A stretch of 64,000 bases of DNA from a bacterium (GCA_963675755.2 CAXXMD010000002.1:288001-352000), one strand, 5' to 3'. Counted from the stretch's first letter, positions 9,801 through 20,850 are shown. Notes: generated by a model from the letters alone, not told the origin. Translations and numbers: made by a program.

Positions 9801-10709
9801 ATGGAATTTCAACCCGCTTATATTAAAGCTTATACGAGTGGTGATTTGGACCAAAAAATTGAGCAAGCTTTTAATGCTTTACATAATTGCACATTATGTC
9901 CCCGTCAATGCAAAGTTGACAGATTCTCACGACAACGAGGTATATGCAAGACCGGTATTCAGGCCAAAGTTGCAAGTTATCAACCTCATTTTGGTGAAGA
10001 GGAGGTATTGGTCGGTAATGGTGGTTCCGGCACCATATTTTTTTCAAATTGTAACCTGATGTGTAATTTTTGCCAGAATTTTGATATCAGCCATTCCGGG
10101 CAGGGCGAAGAAGTGACAGATACCCAATTGGCTAATATGATGATCTGGCTTGAGAATTATGGATGTCATAATATTAATCTGGTTACTCCTTCTCATGTTG
10201 TTCCGCAAATATTATCTGCTTTAAAAATTGCAATTGAAAATGGATTGTCAATTCCCCTGGTTTATAACACCAGCTCTTATGATTCGTTTTTTACTCTTAA
10301 ATTATTGGATGGAATCATAGATATTTATATGCCTGATTTTAAATTTGTAGACCCGGTTCAATCCGAGTTAACCATGAACGCTACTGATTATCCTGAAATT
10401 GCTAAACGTGCTATTCTCGAGATGTATCGTCAGGTTGGTGATCTGGTAATAGATTCTAAAGGTATTGCGCAACGTGGATTAATAGTACGTCATCTGCTTA
10501 TGCCTGGTAATACGAAAGAAACTGGAGAAATATTTGAGTTTTTATCAAATTCAGTATCAAAGAATACGTTTACCAATATTATGAATCAATATAAACCTCA
10601 AGGTACTGCATCACAATCACCTGAAATCAACAAGCTTGTCACTGATACAGAATTTAAACATGCAATTGAATTAGCCCGTTTGTCCGGATTGCATAGACTT
10701 GTTTACTGA
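9801..10709 (+). CDS. Radical SAM protein, PflX-like (COG1313)
   Basis: CTLCPRQC, HFGEE..LVG..GSGTIFF, CNLMCNFCQN (CxxxCxxC), DIYMPDFK. Confidence 0.9.
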   Translation: MEFQPAYIKAYTSGDLDQKIEQAFNALHNCTLCPRQCKVDRFSRQRGICKTGIQAKVASYQPHFGEEEVLVGNGGSGTIFFSNCNLMCNFCQNFDISHSGQGEEVTDTQLANMMIWLENYGCHNINLVTPSHVVPQILSALKIAIENGLSIPLVYNTSSYDSFFTLKLLDGIIDIYMPDFKFVDPVQSELTMNATDYPEIAKRAILEMYRQVGDLVIDSKGIAQRGLIVRHLLMPGNTKETGEIFEFLSNSVSKNTFTNIMNQYKPQGTASQSPEINKLVTDTEFKHAIELARLSGLHRLVY

Positions 10710-10834
10710 TTATATATAGGTATTATTTTTGTTTGGAATAATTGTTGCTGTTTATAATTAAGTTTTTTAAATAATAGTTATTTTTTTTGCATAATTCCTT
10801 AATTACTATAGAATTGTACCCATAAAAAAGAGAA

Positions 10835-11209
10835 TTGAATTTTTTGAGTATTAATCATGATTTCAAAAAGTGTCCTATGTGTGAACATATTTGGGCAGAT
10901 CGCATAGAGTTGATGAGTGACCCTAATGTCATTATAACAGGATATATGGCTAATTTTGAAGTTCTGGATTTAGGAATATTTGTATTTAATCATACAACCT
11001 GTAATGGGACATTTTCTGTAAAAGGGAAATATTTCATGGATTTGTATGAAGGTGAAATTTATGATTCGTGTAAAATAGGTTCAGATGAGTGTTTAGGATA
11101 TTGTTTAGATCACAATGTTCTTAAACCATGTTCCGCAGAATGTGAATGTGCCTATGTGCGTGAGGTAATTCAAATAATCAAACAGTGGCCAAAAGCAGTC
11201 TACAAATAG
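10835..11209 (+). CDS. Hypothetical Cys-rich protein
   Basis: 124-aa ORF with CPMC, HTTC, C..C.G.C and CSAECECAYVRE clusters. Confidence 0.7.
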   Translation: MNFLSINHDFKKCPMCEHIWADRIELMSDPNVIITGYMANFEVLDLGIFVFNHTTCNGTFSVKGKYFMDLYEGEIYDSCKIGSDECLGYCLDHNVLKPCSAECECAYVREVIQIIKQWPKAVYK

Positions 11210-11239
11210 GCATAGGATATTTTAACAGGATTATGACAG

Positions 11240-11953
11240 TTGGAAGTTATAGATAAAAATGAACCCATCTTGATTCGTTATACTTTTACCATGGAAGACG
11301 GATTTAAAGAGGTATTTAACATACGTTTGGATCCAGTAACATTGGATTTGATTGCCCAGCATCCAAAAGTATTACCCGAATGGACGGAGCTAAGTTTTCA
11401 CAAGTGTCCTCATTGTCCGCTTGAAAAAGAAAAGCATTGTCCTTTGGCAACAAGTTTAGTGAATATTGTAAAGCGTTTTAACAGATTGATTTCTTATGAA
11501 AGAATACATCTTGATGTAGAAACCAAAGAACGTTTTATTTCACAACATACTACTGCCCAAAAGGGAATAAGTGCATTAATGGGATTGGTCTTTGCTTCCA
11601 GTGGGTGTCCGCATACATGGTTCTTGCGCCCAATGGCAAGGTATCACTTGCCCCTTGCAAGCAGGGAAGAAACAATATATAGAGCAACATCAATGTATTT
11701 ATTGGCTCAATATTTTATGAATAAACATAAAAAGCCAGTAGATCTGGATTTTGAAGGGCTGACCAAGCTCTATAAAAATCTTGAAGATGTAAGTCTTTCA
11801 GTTGCGGAACGTTTAAATGTTGCCAGTAAAACTGATTCCACAATAAATGCGCTAATATTGCTGGATGTTTATAATAAGACCCTTCCAATGGCAATTGATA
11901 CTTCATTAGAACAACTGGAATATCTTTTCGATTTTTATATCAACAAGAAATAA
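11240..11953 (+). CDS. DUF6901-like protein
   Basis: LPEWTELSFHKCPHCPL..CP, SGCP, RPMARYHLP, ETIYRATSMYL motifs. Confidence 0.75.
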   Translation: MEVIDKNEPILIRYTFTMEDGFKEVFNIRLDPVTLDLIAQHPKVLPEWTELSFHKCPHCPLEKEKHCPLATSLVNIVKRFNRLISYERIHLDVETKERFISQHTTAQKGISALMGLVFASSGCPHTWFLRPMARYHLPLASREETIYRATSMYLLAQYFMNKHKKPVDLDFEGLTKLYKNLEDVSLSVAERLNVASKTDSTINALILLDVYNKTLPMAIDTSLEQLEYLFDFYINKK

Positions 11954-12334
11954 TAAATGAAACAATATTTAGTTGAATTTGCATAAAAGCTTTTTCTATT
12001 TATTGTTCTTTTATGCAAAAATTATTAACAAAAAATATATTAACGGAAAAATGTACTGTTAATACGCATTAAAAAGTTTCATAGTAAAATATTCATTAAT
12101 TGGTGATAATTTTTACTTTTTGCTAAATAAGCATGATTCATTTTTTAAATAAAGCAATATTGTACTTTAAAAACTAGTTTTTTCTTGCAATTTTAACTAT
12201 TTATTCGTTTATTTTTTAATATAGCGGTAAATATTTTTACTTTAGTGACTTGTTTTGCTTTTTAATAGTTGATTTGTATGGTACAAATTTTGCTTTCTGG
12301 TAATTTGAAGAGTCCGAATTTTCCGGGAGAATTG

Positions 12335-15070
12335 ATGGCCCAAAAGTCTGAAAACCAGTTACAGTATTCAATTGATAAAGTGATTGAGGAAAATGAAAGA
12401 CTGAAAAAACGCCTTGAATTAATTGAATCAAGTTATGAAGAATTACTTTCAAATGAAATTCGTTTTCATTCATTGATAGAAAATCTGTCTGCTGGTTTTA
12501 TTATTAATGATATTTTGGGTAATTGTATTTATGTAAATGATTATTTGATAAATCTTTTTGGCTACAATTTACAAGAAATTTTGAAAAGACCTTTAAAAAG
12601 ATTAATTGATTCAAAGAGTTTTTACATTTACGAAACTGAATTGGCCAAGATTAAAAATGGTGAATCATGTAGATTTGAACTGGATATGATCCATCATAAC
12701 CGATCCACTATGTCTGTACTGGTTACTTTGAATCCACTATTGGACCAAAATGGAAATTATAATGGCAATTATGGCCTTGTTACAGATATTACTAAAAGAA
12801 AACAAGCGCAGCAGGCATTATTAGAGAATGAAGAAAAATATCGAAACCTAGTTGAAAGAGCTCACGATGGTATTGGTATCATTCAGGATGATCATTTTAA
12901 ATATGTAAATAATCAATTAGCTCTCTTGACTGAATATTCAGTCGAAGAATTGATGAAAATGCCTTTTTTGCATATTTTTTCAAGTGATGATCTGGAAAAA
13001 TTAACAAAAGAATATACCCGGCATTTAAATGGAGAAGTTTCTGATAAAATATATCAGGCAAAGTTATTAACAAAGTTTGGCAATATCCGATATGTTGAGA
13101 TAAACGGTGGTTTTATACATTATCAGGGACAAAATGCCGATTTATTAATCATTCGGGATATCTCTGATAGAAAAAAAATTAATGCTGAGCTTATTGAGAG
13201 CCGAAAAAAATATAAAGTACTTGAAGCCAATATTCCATTGGGAATTTACAGATCTACTCCTGACGGAAAACTTGTATCCGGTAATCCATCAATGTTAAAT
13301 CTGTTCGGATTCAAGAAAGAAGGTGATATTAGGGATTTTGATGTTTCAAAATTGTATCAGAATAAAGAACAACGAGATAAATTTATAACCCAACTTAACA
13401 AAGATGGAACTATTGAAGGGTATGAAATTGAATTAAGACGGCTTGATGGCAGCACATTCTGGGCATCTATTAGTACCACAACAGTCTTTGATAAGCATAT
13501 GGAACCTGTTTTTTATGATGGAATTATTCGTGATATAAGTGAAAAAAAACAGGCAGAAATATCAATTCGTGAAAGTGAAGAGAAATTTCGTACTATTTCT
13601 GAACAATCCATTATGGCTATTGCTATCTTGCAGGAAGGCATTATCAAGTACATGAATAATGCTTTTTGTGAATTATTTGAATTTTCACGAGATGAAATTC
13701 AAAAATGGGGACCGCATCGATATTTGAAAGCGGTCCATTGGGATAGTATTAGCACCGTCCTGGATCGTGGCAGGCAAATGACTAAAGATCCTGAAAATGA
13801 AGGAAATAGATTCACTTTCAAAGGTATTACAAAAACAGGCAAAGTGAAATATGTTGATAATTATTCCAAGATTATAAAGTTTCAAGGCAAACCTGCTATG
13901 TTAATGTCTTTGATAGATATTACTGATAGAAAATTGATGGAAGCGGAAATACAAAGAGCTCAAAAACTTGAATCAACCGGTTTACTTGCCGGCGGCATAG
14001 CCCATGATTTTAATAATCGTTTATCTGTTATTTTAGGTAATGCCCAACTGGCAAGATTGTATTTTAGTCAAAAAGATAAACTTGAAAAGTATTTGGAGAA
14101 TATTGAACAGAGCGCAGCACAAGCTACATCTTTGACACAGCAGTTATTGACTTTTTCTAAAGGTGGCGCTCCAATAAAAACAGTCTGCAATGTAAAAGAA
14201 ATGATTCAGGAAGCAATTAATTTATCCCTTAGCGGTTCAAATGCCTTTTGTATCACAAATTTTCAAGAGGATTTGTACAATATTGATGTTGATAAGGGCC
14301 AGATTACACAGGTTTTGAATAATATTTTAATCAATGCAGATCAGGCAATGCCAAGCGGTGGGAAGATTCATATTACTGGAGAAAACCATGAATATTCCCT
14401 CAAAGATCCCATTCAATTGCGTGGTTCAAAATATGTTCGAATTACGGTTAAAGATCAAGGTACCGGTATTCCAGCAACCATTTTGGATAAAATATTTGAT
14501 CCATATTTTACCACAAAACAAAAAGGAAGTGGTTTAGGATTAGCAGTAGCTTATTCTATTGTTGAAAAGCACAAAGGTTTTTTAATGGTAGAATCAGAGT
14601 TGGGCCAGGGTACAACTTTTCTATTGTATCTTCCGGCTACAAATGAAAAAATTTCACTGGAGAAAGTAATGGATATTAACACATCAAAAGGATCCGGCTA
14701 TATCCTTGTGATGGATGATGAAGAGCTTGTGTTGGATATGGTGGGGGATATACTTTTAGAGGCAGGATATGAAGTAGCACTGGCTAAAGATGGTCAGGAA
14801 ACTCTTGATATTTATAAGAAAGCTAAAGATAGTAACAAGCCTTTTCAGGCGGTAATTATGGATTTAACAATACCTGGAGGTATGGGGGGCAAAGAAACTA
14901 TGGTTGAATTAAAAAAAATTGATCCAAATGTTAAAGCGATTGTTTCAAGTGGATATTCAAATGATCCTATTATGTCAGATTATGAATCGTTTGGATTTGC
15001 AGGAGTAATCGCAAAACCTTACAAGATTAAAGCGCTTCAAGAAACGCTTTGTCAGGTGCTAAATCAATAA
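12335..15070 (+). CDS. Multi-PAS hybrid sensor histidine kinase/response regulator
   Basis: About four PAS/PAC repeats (DIT.RK), GGIAHDFNN H-box, FDPYFTTK..GSGLGL, C-terminal receiver (MDDE, MDL, KP). Confidence 0.95.
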   Translation: MAQKSENQLQYSIDKVIEENERLKKRLELIESSYEELLSNEIRFHSLIENLSAGFIINDILGNCIYVNDYLINLFGYNLQEILKRPLKRLIDSKSFYIYETELAKIKNGESCRFELDMIHHNRSTMSVLVTLNPLLDQNGNYNGNYGLVTDITKRKQAQQALLENEEKYRNLVERAHDGIGIIQDDHFKYVNNQLALLTEYSVEELMKMPFLHIFSSDDLEKLTKEYTRHLNGEVSDKIYQAKLLTKFGNIRYVEINGGFIHYQGQNADLLIIRDISDRKKINAELIESRKKYKVLEANIPLGIYRSTPDGKLVSGNPSMLNLFGFKKEGDIRDFDVSKLYQNKEQRDKFITQLNKDGTIEGYEIELRRLDGSTFWASISTTTVFDKHMEPVFYDGIIRDISEKKQAEISIRESEEKFRTISEQSIMAIAILQEGIIKYMNNAFCELFEFSRDEIQKWGPHRYLKAVHWDSISTVLDRGRQMTKDPENEGNRFTFKGITKTGKVKYVDNYSKIIKFQGKPAMLMSLIDITDRKLMEAEIQRAQKLESTGLLAGGIAHDFNNRLSVILGNAQLARLYFSQKDKLEKYLENIEQSAAQATSLTQQLLTFSKGGAPIKTVCNVKEMIQEAINLSLSGSNAFCITNFQEDLYNIDVDKGQITQVLNNILINADQAMPSGGKIHITGENHEYSLKDPIQLRGSKYVRITVKDQGTGIPATILDKIFDPYFTTKQKGSGLGLAVAYSIVEKHKGFLMVESELGQGTTFLLYLPATNEKISLEKVMDINTSKGSGYILVMDDEELVLDMVGDILLEAGYEVALAKDGQETLDIYKKAKDSNKPFQAVIMDLTIPGGMGGKETMVELKKIDPNVKAIVSSGYSNDPIMSDYESFGFAGVIAKPYKIKALQETLCQVLNQ

Positions 15071-15090
15071 TTAGAAAGAATGGTGTACCC

Positions 15091-15465
15091 ATGAATAACG
15101 GACATAAAGTGCTGGTTGTTGAAGATGAATCAATTATTGCACTCAGTATTCAGGAAAAATTAATGTCACAAGGGTATGAGGTTCCAGCTATAGCTTCAAC
15201 AGGTGAGATGGCTGTAGAATTATTTAACAAATACCAACCTCATGTAATTTTAATGGATGTAGTACTTGCCGGATTAATGGATGGTATTGAAGCCTCTCGT
15301 GAAATTAGAAAAAATTCAAATGTGCCTATTGTTTTTTGCACGGCATACTCTGATGAACAAACAATGGAACGCGTAATGGCTGTATCTTTATCTGATTTTA
15401 TTCTCAAACCAATATCAGAGTCTGAATTAGACACTAAACTGCAGCATGTTCTAAGTAAAAAATAA
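15091..15465 (+). CDS. Single-domain response regulator
   Basis: VLVVEDE, ILMD, DG, TA, KP receiver motifs. Confidence 0.92.
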   Translation: MNNGHKVLVVEDESIIALSIQEKLMSQGYEVPAIASTGEMAVELFNKYQPHVILMDVVLAGLMDGIEASREIRKNSNVPIVFCTAYSDEQTMERVMAVSLSDFILKPISESELDTKLQHVLSKK

Positions 15466-15556
15466 TCCCTCTTTTTTTGCTTCCGGATGAATCCTTTTTC
15501 TGCATGGCACATCTAAATTTTAGAAAGTAAATAAACTAATATTTGGGAGATAAACC

Positions 15557-15934
15557 ATGGCAACAATAAATTTGAAAATGGATGAACTGGAAAGCACACT
15601 TCAAAATAATGATATCGTATTAATAGACTTTTGGGCTTCTTGGTGTGGCCCTTGTAAAATGTTTGCACCTGTTTTTGAAAAAGCATCTGAACAGAATACT
15701 GATATTGCATTTGCTAAAGTTGATACCGAAAAAGAACAACAGCTCGCAGCTGCTTTTGGAATTCAGTCTATACCTACATTGGCTATTTTTAGAGAAAATA
15801 TTTTATTGTACAAACAACCTGGTGCTTTGCCAGAACAAGCATTAACAGATTTGATCAAACAAGTTCGTGATTTGGATATGGAAAAAATCAAAGAAGAGGT
15901 TAAAGCAGCAGAAAAAGAAAATGCGAATGCTTAA
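15557..15934 (+). CDS. trxA: Thioredoxin
   Basis: DFWASWCGPC, IQSIPT. Confidence 0.93.
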   Translation: MATINLKMDELESTLQNNDIVLIDFWASWCGPCKMFAPVFEKASEQNTDIAFAKVDTEKEQQLAAAFGIQSIPTLAIFRENILLYKQPGALPEQALTDLIKQVRDLDMEKIKEEVKAAEKENANA

Positions 15935-15955
15935 TAAGTAATATATAATTTTTTT

Positions 15956-15990
15956 AAAAGGCAGCTTTGTTTCAAGGCTGCCTTTTTTTT
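15956..15990 (+). terminator. Rho-independent terminator after trxA
   Basis: AAAAGGCAGC-tttgtttcaag-GCTGCCTTTTTTTT. Confidence 0.8.
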
Positions 15991-16067
15991 ATATATTTTT
16001 CTTTTATTCGTAATTAAAAGTTTTTATATTATTTAAATATAATTATACCATGGGACAGGAACTTTTA

Positions 16068-16469
16068 ATGAAAACTTTGATTGTTGATGATGAACCTATC
16101 AATTTAAAATTATTCATAAAATATATGCAGCTTTATGGCCAATGTGTTCCTGCAATGAATGGCCAGGAAGCAGTAGAGAAATTTAAACATGCCCTGGATG
16201 TAAATATCCCTTTTGATTTGGTGCTATTGGATATTATGATGCCTCAGGTTGACGGTCACGAAGCTTTGAGGACTATCCGTAATCTGGAAAATGAGTATAA
16301 TATACCAACCGAGAACAGAGTCAAGATTATTATGACTACTGCTTTATCTGATTTCAAGAATGTTCAAACTGCTTTTAATGAATTGGCTGATGGGTATTTA
16401 GTAAAACCTATTGATAAACCCAAGCTTATTCAGGAAATTAATAAACTTTGCGGTACACAACTTGCCTGA
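16068..16469 (+). CDS. CheY-like response regulator
   Basis: LIVDDE, LLDIMMP..DG, TTA, YLVKP. Confidence 0.92.
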   Translation: MKTLIVDDEPINLKLFIKYMQLYGQCVPAMNGQEAVEKFKHALDVNIPFDLVLLDIMMPQVDGHEALRTIRNLENEYNIPTENRVKIIMTTALSDFKNVQTAFNELADGYLVKPIDKPKLIQEINKLCGTQLA

Positions 16470-16575
16470 CTTGTTTTGTGTTTTTTCTATCTAACTTTCC
16501 CACTTTTTTTTATTCTTTGAATATAATTTAATTTTGAATTATCATATGGTTTTTATATAAATAAGAGAAATATTT

Positions 16576-17541
16576 ATGAATGAATCTTATATTTCTATAG
16601 AATTTTTGAAATCTGTATGTTCAAAATGGGATATTGAACTCTCAACCTTGCCTAACAATCTTCCTATTGCGGGTAGTCCGGATCGAACAGAATACAGAGT
16701 TGTTGTTCAGGATGTACATGAGCGTTTATATATGCTGGAAAAAATAAATCAGGATAATCGCAAAGTAAAAGAAAATATAACCAAAGCTTTATCATTTCTT
16801 TACAAGAAAAATCTATCTTTTGTTCAGCCTTATATAAAGACAGTTACAGGTGATTCCTTGATATCTTGTAATGGGGAATATTGGCAGTTGATCCCGTTTA
16901 TTAAGGGGATGGAACTTGACAGACCCCAATACCTTAAAGATGCCTGGCGAGGAAAAGCCATTGCAGAGTTTTTGATTGAGCTTGAAGAAAAATCCATTGG
17001 TATTGAAGAGGTTGTAGATTTGGATTATTTTTCTATTATAGAGTTTATAAATGATTTTAAAATTAAACTTGAAGAAAATAATCCTAAAATATTTAATCAT
17101 TTAAAAGAATTGTTCGAGTATTTGGATTCGGAGTTTGTATATCAACATCAAGAACTGGCAGATGGATTCTGCCATGGAGATATACATCCATTAAACATCA
17201 TCTGGGGTAATGATGAAATTCGATCGGTGATTGATTGGGAATTTCATGGCAGAAAACCCAAGCTTTATGATCTTGCCAATTTAATTGGTTGTTTGGGAAT
17301 GGAAGCACCAGATGGTTTGTTATCAAGCATGATTTTACAATTGTTCAGTGAGCTAAAAGATAGAGATTATATTGAGCCATTAGGCAATAAAGTTTTATTA
17401 GATTTTGTTTTGGCAATACGCTTTGCCTGGTTGTCTGATTGGCTTAGAAGAAAAGATAATGAAATGATCAATTTAGAAATTGCATACATGTTTCTTTTGT
17501 TTGATAATCGTAACATTATTACCTCCAAATGGAATTTATAA
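16576..17541 (+). CDS. APH/homoserine kinase type II-like phosphotransferase
   Basis: HGDIHPLN (Brenner motif), IDWE, YDLA. Confidence 0.8.
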   Translation: MNESYISIEFLKSVCSKWDIELSTLPNNLPIAGSPDRTEYRVVVQDVHERLYMLEKINQDNRKVKENITKALSFLYKKNLSFVQPYIKTVTGDSLISCNGEYWQLIPFIKGMELDRPQYLKDAWRGKAIAEFLIELEEKSIGIEEVVDLDYFSIIEFINDFKIKLEENNPKIFNHLKELFEYLDSEFVYQHQELADGFCHGDIHPLNIIWGNDEIRSVIDWEFHGRKPKLYDLANLIGCLGMEAPDGLLSSMILQLFSELKDRDYIEPLGNKVLLDFVLAIRFAWLSDWLRRKDNEMINLEIAYMFLLFDNRNIITSKWNL

Positions 17542-17662
17542 TTCAGCATGTTGTTGATTTTTGATAAAATAATTGTTCCGAATTATCCGTTATTTTTGTA
17601 TATTATTGTCTTGTTCTTTGAAATGAAATGGATTCACTACACATATAGAATAGAAAGATGTT

Positions 17663-18499
17663 ATGAACTGGTGGCAGAACCTTCCTTCTCATATTGATCC
17701 TGTTTTCTTCTCTTTGGGATCATTCCAAATCCGATATTATGGATTAATGTACGTTGCAGCATTTACTACAGTTTACCTGTTGATAAAATATCGTCTGAAA
17801 CATGAAGCCTATTCCTATACTTTGGAAACAATTCAATCTTTTATGGTTTGGGCAATTCTGGGCGTATTAATAGGTGGAAGGTTGGGTTACATTTTATTTT
17901 ATGACCTTTCATATTTTATAGCTAATCCATTGAAAATGATCATGCCTGTCGAGTTTTCTAATGGTTTTCGTTTTACAGGTATCAGCGGCATGTCTTTTCA
18001 TGGTGGTGTATTGGGAGTCTTTTTCGCTTCATTATGGTTCTGTTATCGGGAAAAAATCAATTTTTTCCATTTAGCAAGTTTAATTTTACCAGCAATACCA
18101 TTGGGATATACGTTTGGTCGTATTGGTAATTTCCTCAATGGTGAATTGTATGGCAGAACGACAACAGCACCTTGGGGAATGTATTTCCCTTTGGATGTTA
18201 CTCATCAATTGCGACATCCGTCACAGTTGTATGAAGCTCTTTTTGAAGGTATTGTACTGTTTATTGTTCTTTGGAGTTTGAGAAAAAATTTGTATATTCA
18301 TAAATATTTATTGGCTCTGTATTTGATTGGTTATGGAGTTTTTAGATTTTTTATAGAATATGTCAGAGAACCGGACGCGCATTTGGGATTAATTGTCCTG
18401 AATTTATCAATGGGACAGTTGCTGTGTCTGGGAATGATTATCAGTGGTGCAATTCTGATAATTTTGCAGAAATATATTATAAAAAATAATAATAGTTGA
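17663..18499 (+). CDS. lgt: Prolipoprotein diacylglyceryl transferase
   Basis: YYGLMY, GGRLGY, GMSFHGG, GRIGNFLNGEL.GR, HPSQLYE, RFFIEY.REPD. Confidence 0.97.
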   Translation: MNWWQNLPSHIDPVFFSLGSFQIRYYGLMYVAAFTTVYLLIKYRLKHEAYSYTLETIQSFMVWAILGVLIGGRLGYILFYDLSYFIANPLKMIMPVEFSNGFRFTGISGMSFHGGVLGVFFASLWFCYREKINFFHLASLILPAIPLGYTFGRIGNFLNGELYGRTTTAPWGMYFPLDVTHQLRHPSQLYEALFEGIVLFIVLWSLRKNLYIHKYLLALYLIGYGVFRFFIEYVREPDAHLGLIVLNLSMGQLLCLGMIISGAILIILQKYIIKNNNS

Positions 18500-18520
18500 A
18501 CCAGGAAAAGGAGAAGGGGA

Positions 18521-18946
18521 ATGGCCGAGGGAAAAAACGCTGCTTCTACGGATAAAAGTCAGAATGAGCGCATAACCCCGTTTAGCGATGAAGAGTTGGA
18601 ACGCTTTCGCGAATTGATTGAGCAAAAGCGTGTAGAAGCACTTGAAGAAATTGATCGCTGGAGGAGTTTTTTGTCGACCGATAACCGTGAGGAACTTGAT
18701 AGTGATTCCGGTTATAGTTTCCACCTTGCGGATTCTGCTTCAGTGGGCACTGACCGTGAACAAGCTTATATGATGATTGACCGTCAGCAAAAACTAATCG
18801 GTTATCTTGACAGAGCGCTTGAAAGGATTAATAATAAAACCTATGGTATTTGTCGTGTAACCGGCAAACCTATTAATCCTGAACGGTTAGAAGCAATTCC
18901 ACACACAGAAATTTCTGTGGAAGCGAAATTAAAAAGCAAACGTTAA
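18521..18946 (+). CDS. DksA/TraR family protein
   Basis: Coiled coil with HLAD tip; ALERI..TYGICRVTGKPI.PERLEAIP. Confidence 0.9.
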   Translation: MAEGKNAASTDKSQNERITPFSDEELERFRELIEQKRVEALEEIDRWRSFLSTDNREELDSDSGYSFHLADSASVGTDREQAYMMIDRQQKLIGYLDRALERINNKTYGICRVTGKPINPERLEAIPHTEISVEAKLKSKR

Positions 18947-19006
18947 TTTAAAAATAGAATATCAAAATTTTTTGATTCTAAGGGGTATATTGTGCCCCTT
19001 TACTTC

Positions 19007-19033
19007 AAGCCCCTTTTTAGGGGCTTTTTTTTT
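19007..19033 (+). terminator. Rho-independent terminator after the dksA-like gene
   Basis: AAGCCCCT-ttt-AGGGGCTT followed by a T-tract. Confidence 0.8.
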
Positions 19034-19092
19034 ACTTGAAATGAATTCAATTTTTATTTATCCTTAGATATACTAACTTTGAGAATTGAAAT

Positions 19093-19602
19093 ATGAATGT
19101 TAGAAAAATTATTCAACAAATGACTACTAATGCACTTGTTCTAGAAAAATTAACAAGCACAATTTCTTACGAACAAGCTGTTTGGAAGCCGACTCCCCAG
19201 AAATGGTCGGTGCTTGAAGTGGTTCATCATCTTTTGGATGAAGAAAAACTGGATTTTAGAACAAGGTTGAAATTGACGCTTGAAGGAAAAGGTGAGGCGT
19301 GGCCACCTTTTGATCCCCAGGGATTGATGACTGAGCATAAATATAATGATCAGGATTTTGAAAAAATTCTATCTCTATTTCTGGATGAACGAGCCGAATC
19401 ATTGGTGTGGCTGCAAAAACTGGAAAATCCCCAATGGGAATTTTATTATGATCATCCCAAAATAGGTATTATTCGAGCAGGGGATTTACTCGTATCCTGG
19501 TTGGAGCATGATCTGTTGCATTTGCGCCAGCTTTTAAATTTGCAAATTGAATATCAAAAGAGTCAATATCCACCTTTTAATAGTAAATACGCATCACCAT
19601 AA
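19093..19602 (+). CDS. DinB/YfiT family protein
   Basis: KWSVLEVVHHL and HDLLH His-triad motifs. Confidence 0.85.
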   Translation: MNVRKIIQQMTTNALVLEKLTSTISYEQAVWKPTPQKWSVLEVVHHLLDEEKLDFRTRLKLTLEGKGEAWPPFDPQGLMTEHKYNDQDFEKILSLFLDERAESLVWLQKLENPQWEFYYDHPKIGIIRAGDLLVSWLEHDLLHLRQLLNLQIEYQKSQYPPFNSKYASP

Positions 19603-19826
19603 TATTTTTAGGCCAAGCAATGAAAAGCATGTTGGATAAATTTTTTTACAGTTGGTTTGGTTTTTTTATGTGATTACAAAACCTATTATTTTAATTCTAT
19701 CCCGAAGACAAGAGCGATCATTTCAATTTTGCCAGAATATGTAATTTAAATTTTATTGAATTCATGATTGACATTCACATTTCATTTCATTAATATTCCC
19801 CATTATAATAATTAGAGTGGTCCATA

Positions 19827-20780
19827 TTGCTGTCAATATCTTTTCAACAAATTAAAGAATCATACAAACGAATTCGTTCTTATATACATCAAACACCGGT
19901 AATGAGATCATCCCAACTTGATTCAGAAACGGGTTGTTTTCTATTTTTTAAATGTGAAAACCTGCAAAGAACCGGTGCGTTCAAAATACGTGGTGCCATG
20001 AATGCAGTGCTCCAGTTGAATGATATAGAACGTAAATGTGGTGTTGCAACACATTCATCCGGTAACCATGCTGCTGCTTTGGCACTGGCAGCAAAAACAT
20101 TTAATATACCTGCATATATGGTTATGCCTGATAATGCACCAACTGTGAAACGACAAGCCGTAAAAGGGTATGGTGCAGAAATAATTACATGTAAACCTAC
20201 AATGGATGATCGTGAACGTGTGTTGAATCAGGTTGTAGTGCAGACAAAAGCTGCTGTAATTCCTTCTTATAATGATCATCGCATCATTACCGGACAAGGA
20301 ACTGCGGCTCTGGAACTCCTTGAAGAATACCCGGAATTGGATATGCTGCTTGCCCCGGTTGGTGGAGGAGGCTTAATCAGTGGTACAGCAATTGTCGGTA
20401 AAGCTATGAATCCGGATTTAAAAGTGATCGGTGTTGAGCCTTTATTAGCTGACGATGCAAAGCGTTCGTTAAAAGCTGGTAAAATCATTCCTTCAATATA
20501 TCCCAATACAATTGCTGATGGTCTTCGCACATCATTGGGAGATATAACGTTTCCCATAATTCAAAATTATGTGGATGAAATAATAACGGTTACCGAGCAA
20601 GAAATTGTTGACGCCATGTTTCTGATATGGGAGCGAATGAAGATAATCATTGAACCTTCATCTGCTGTTCCTGTTGCAGCATTATTATTTCATGACATAA
20701 AACAAGCACGAAAAAAAGTTGGGATTATCCTTAGTGGTGGTAATGTTGATCTGAATTCTCTTCCCTGGATAAAATCATAA
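19827..20780 (+). CDS. PLP-dependent threonine/serine dehydratase (serine racemase-like)
   Basis: KCENLQRTGAFKIRGA, SSGNH, PVGGGGL, EPSSA, SGGN. Confidence 0.92.
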   Translation: MLSISFQQIKESYKRIRSYIHQTPVMRSSQLDSETGCFLFFKCENLQRTGAFKIRGAMNAVLQLNDIERKCGVATHSSGNHAAALALAAKTFNIPAYMVMPDNAPTVKRQAVKGYGAEIITCKPTMDDRERVLNQVVVQTKAAVIPSYNDHRIITGQGTAALELLEEYPELDMLLAPVGGGGLISGTAIVGKAMNPDLKVIGVEPLLADDAKRSLKAGKIIPSIYPNTIADGLRTSLGDITFPIIQNYVDEIITVTEQEIVDAMFLIWERMKIIIEPSSAVPVAALLFHDIKQARKKVGIILSGGNVDLNSLPWIKS

Positions 20781-20822
20781 ATTCTGTATAACTTGAATAT
20801 TTTTTTTAAATTTCAAATATAT

Positions 20823-20850
20823 TGTAACCAGATCTGTATTTTTGCGTCTA
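20823..20850 (+). promoter_or_regulatory. Possible ECF-sigma promoter
   Basis: TGTAACC-N15-CGTCTA, about 35 nt upstream of the DUF116 gene start. Confidence 0.35.
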
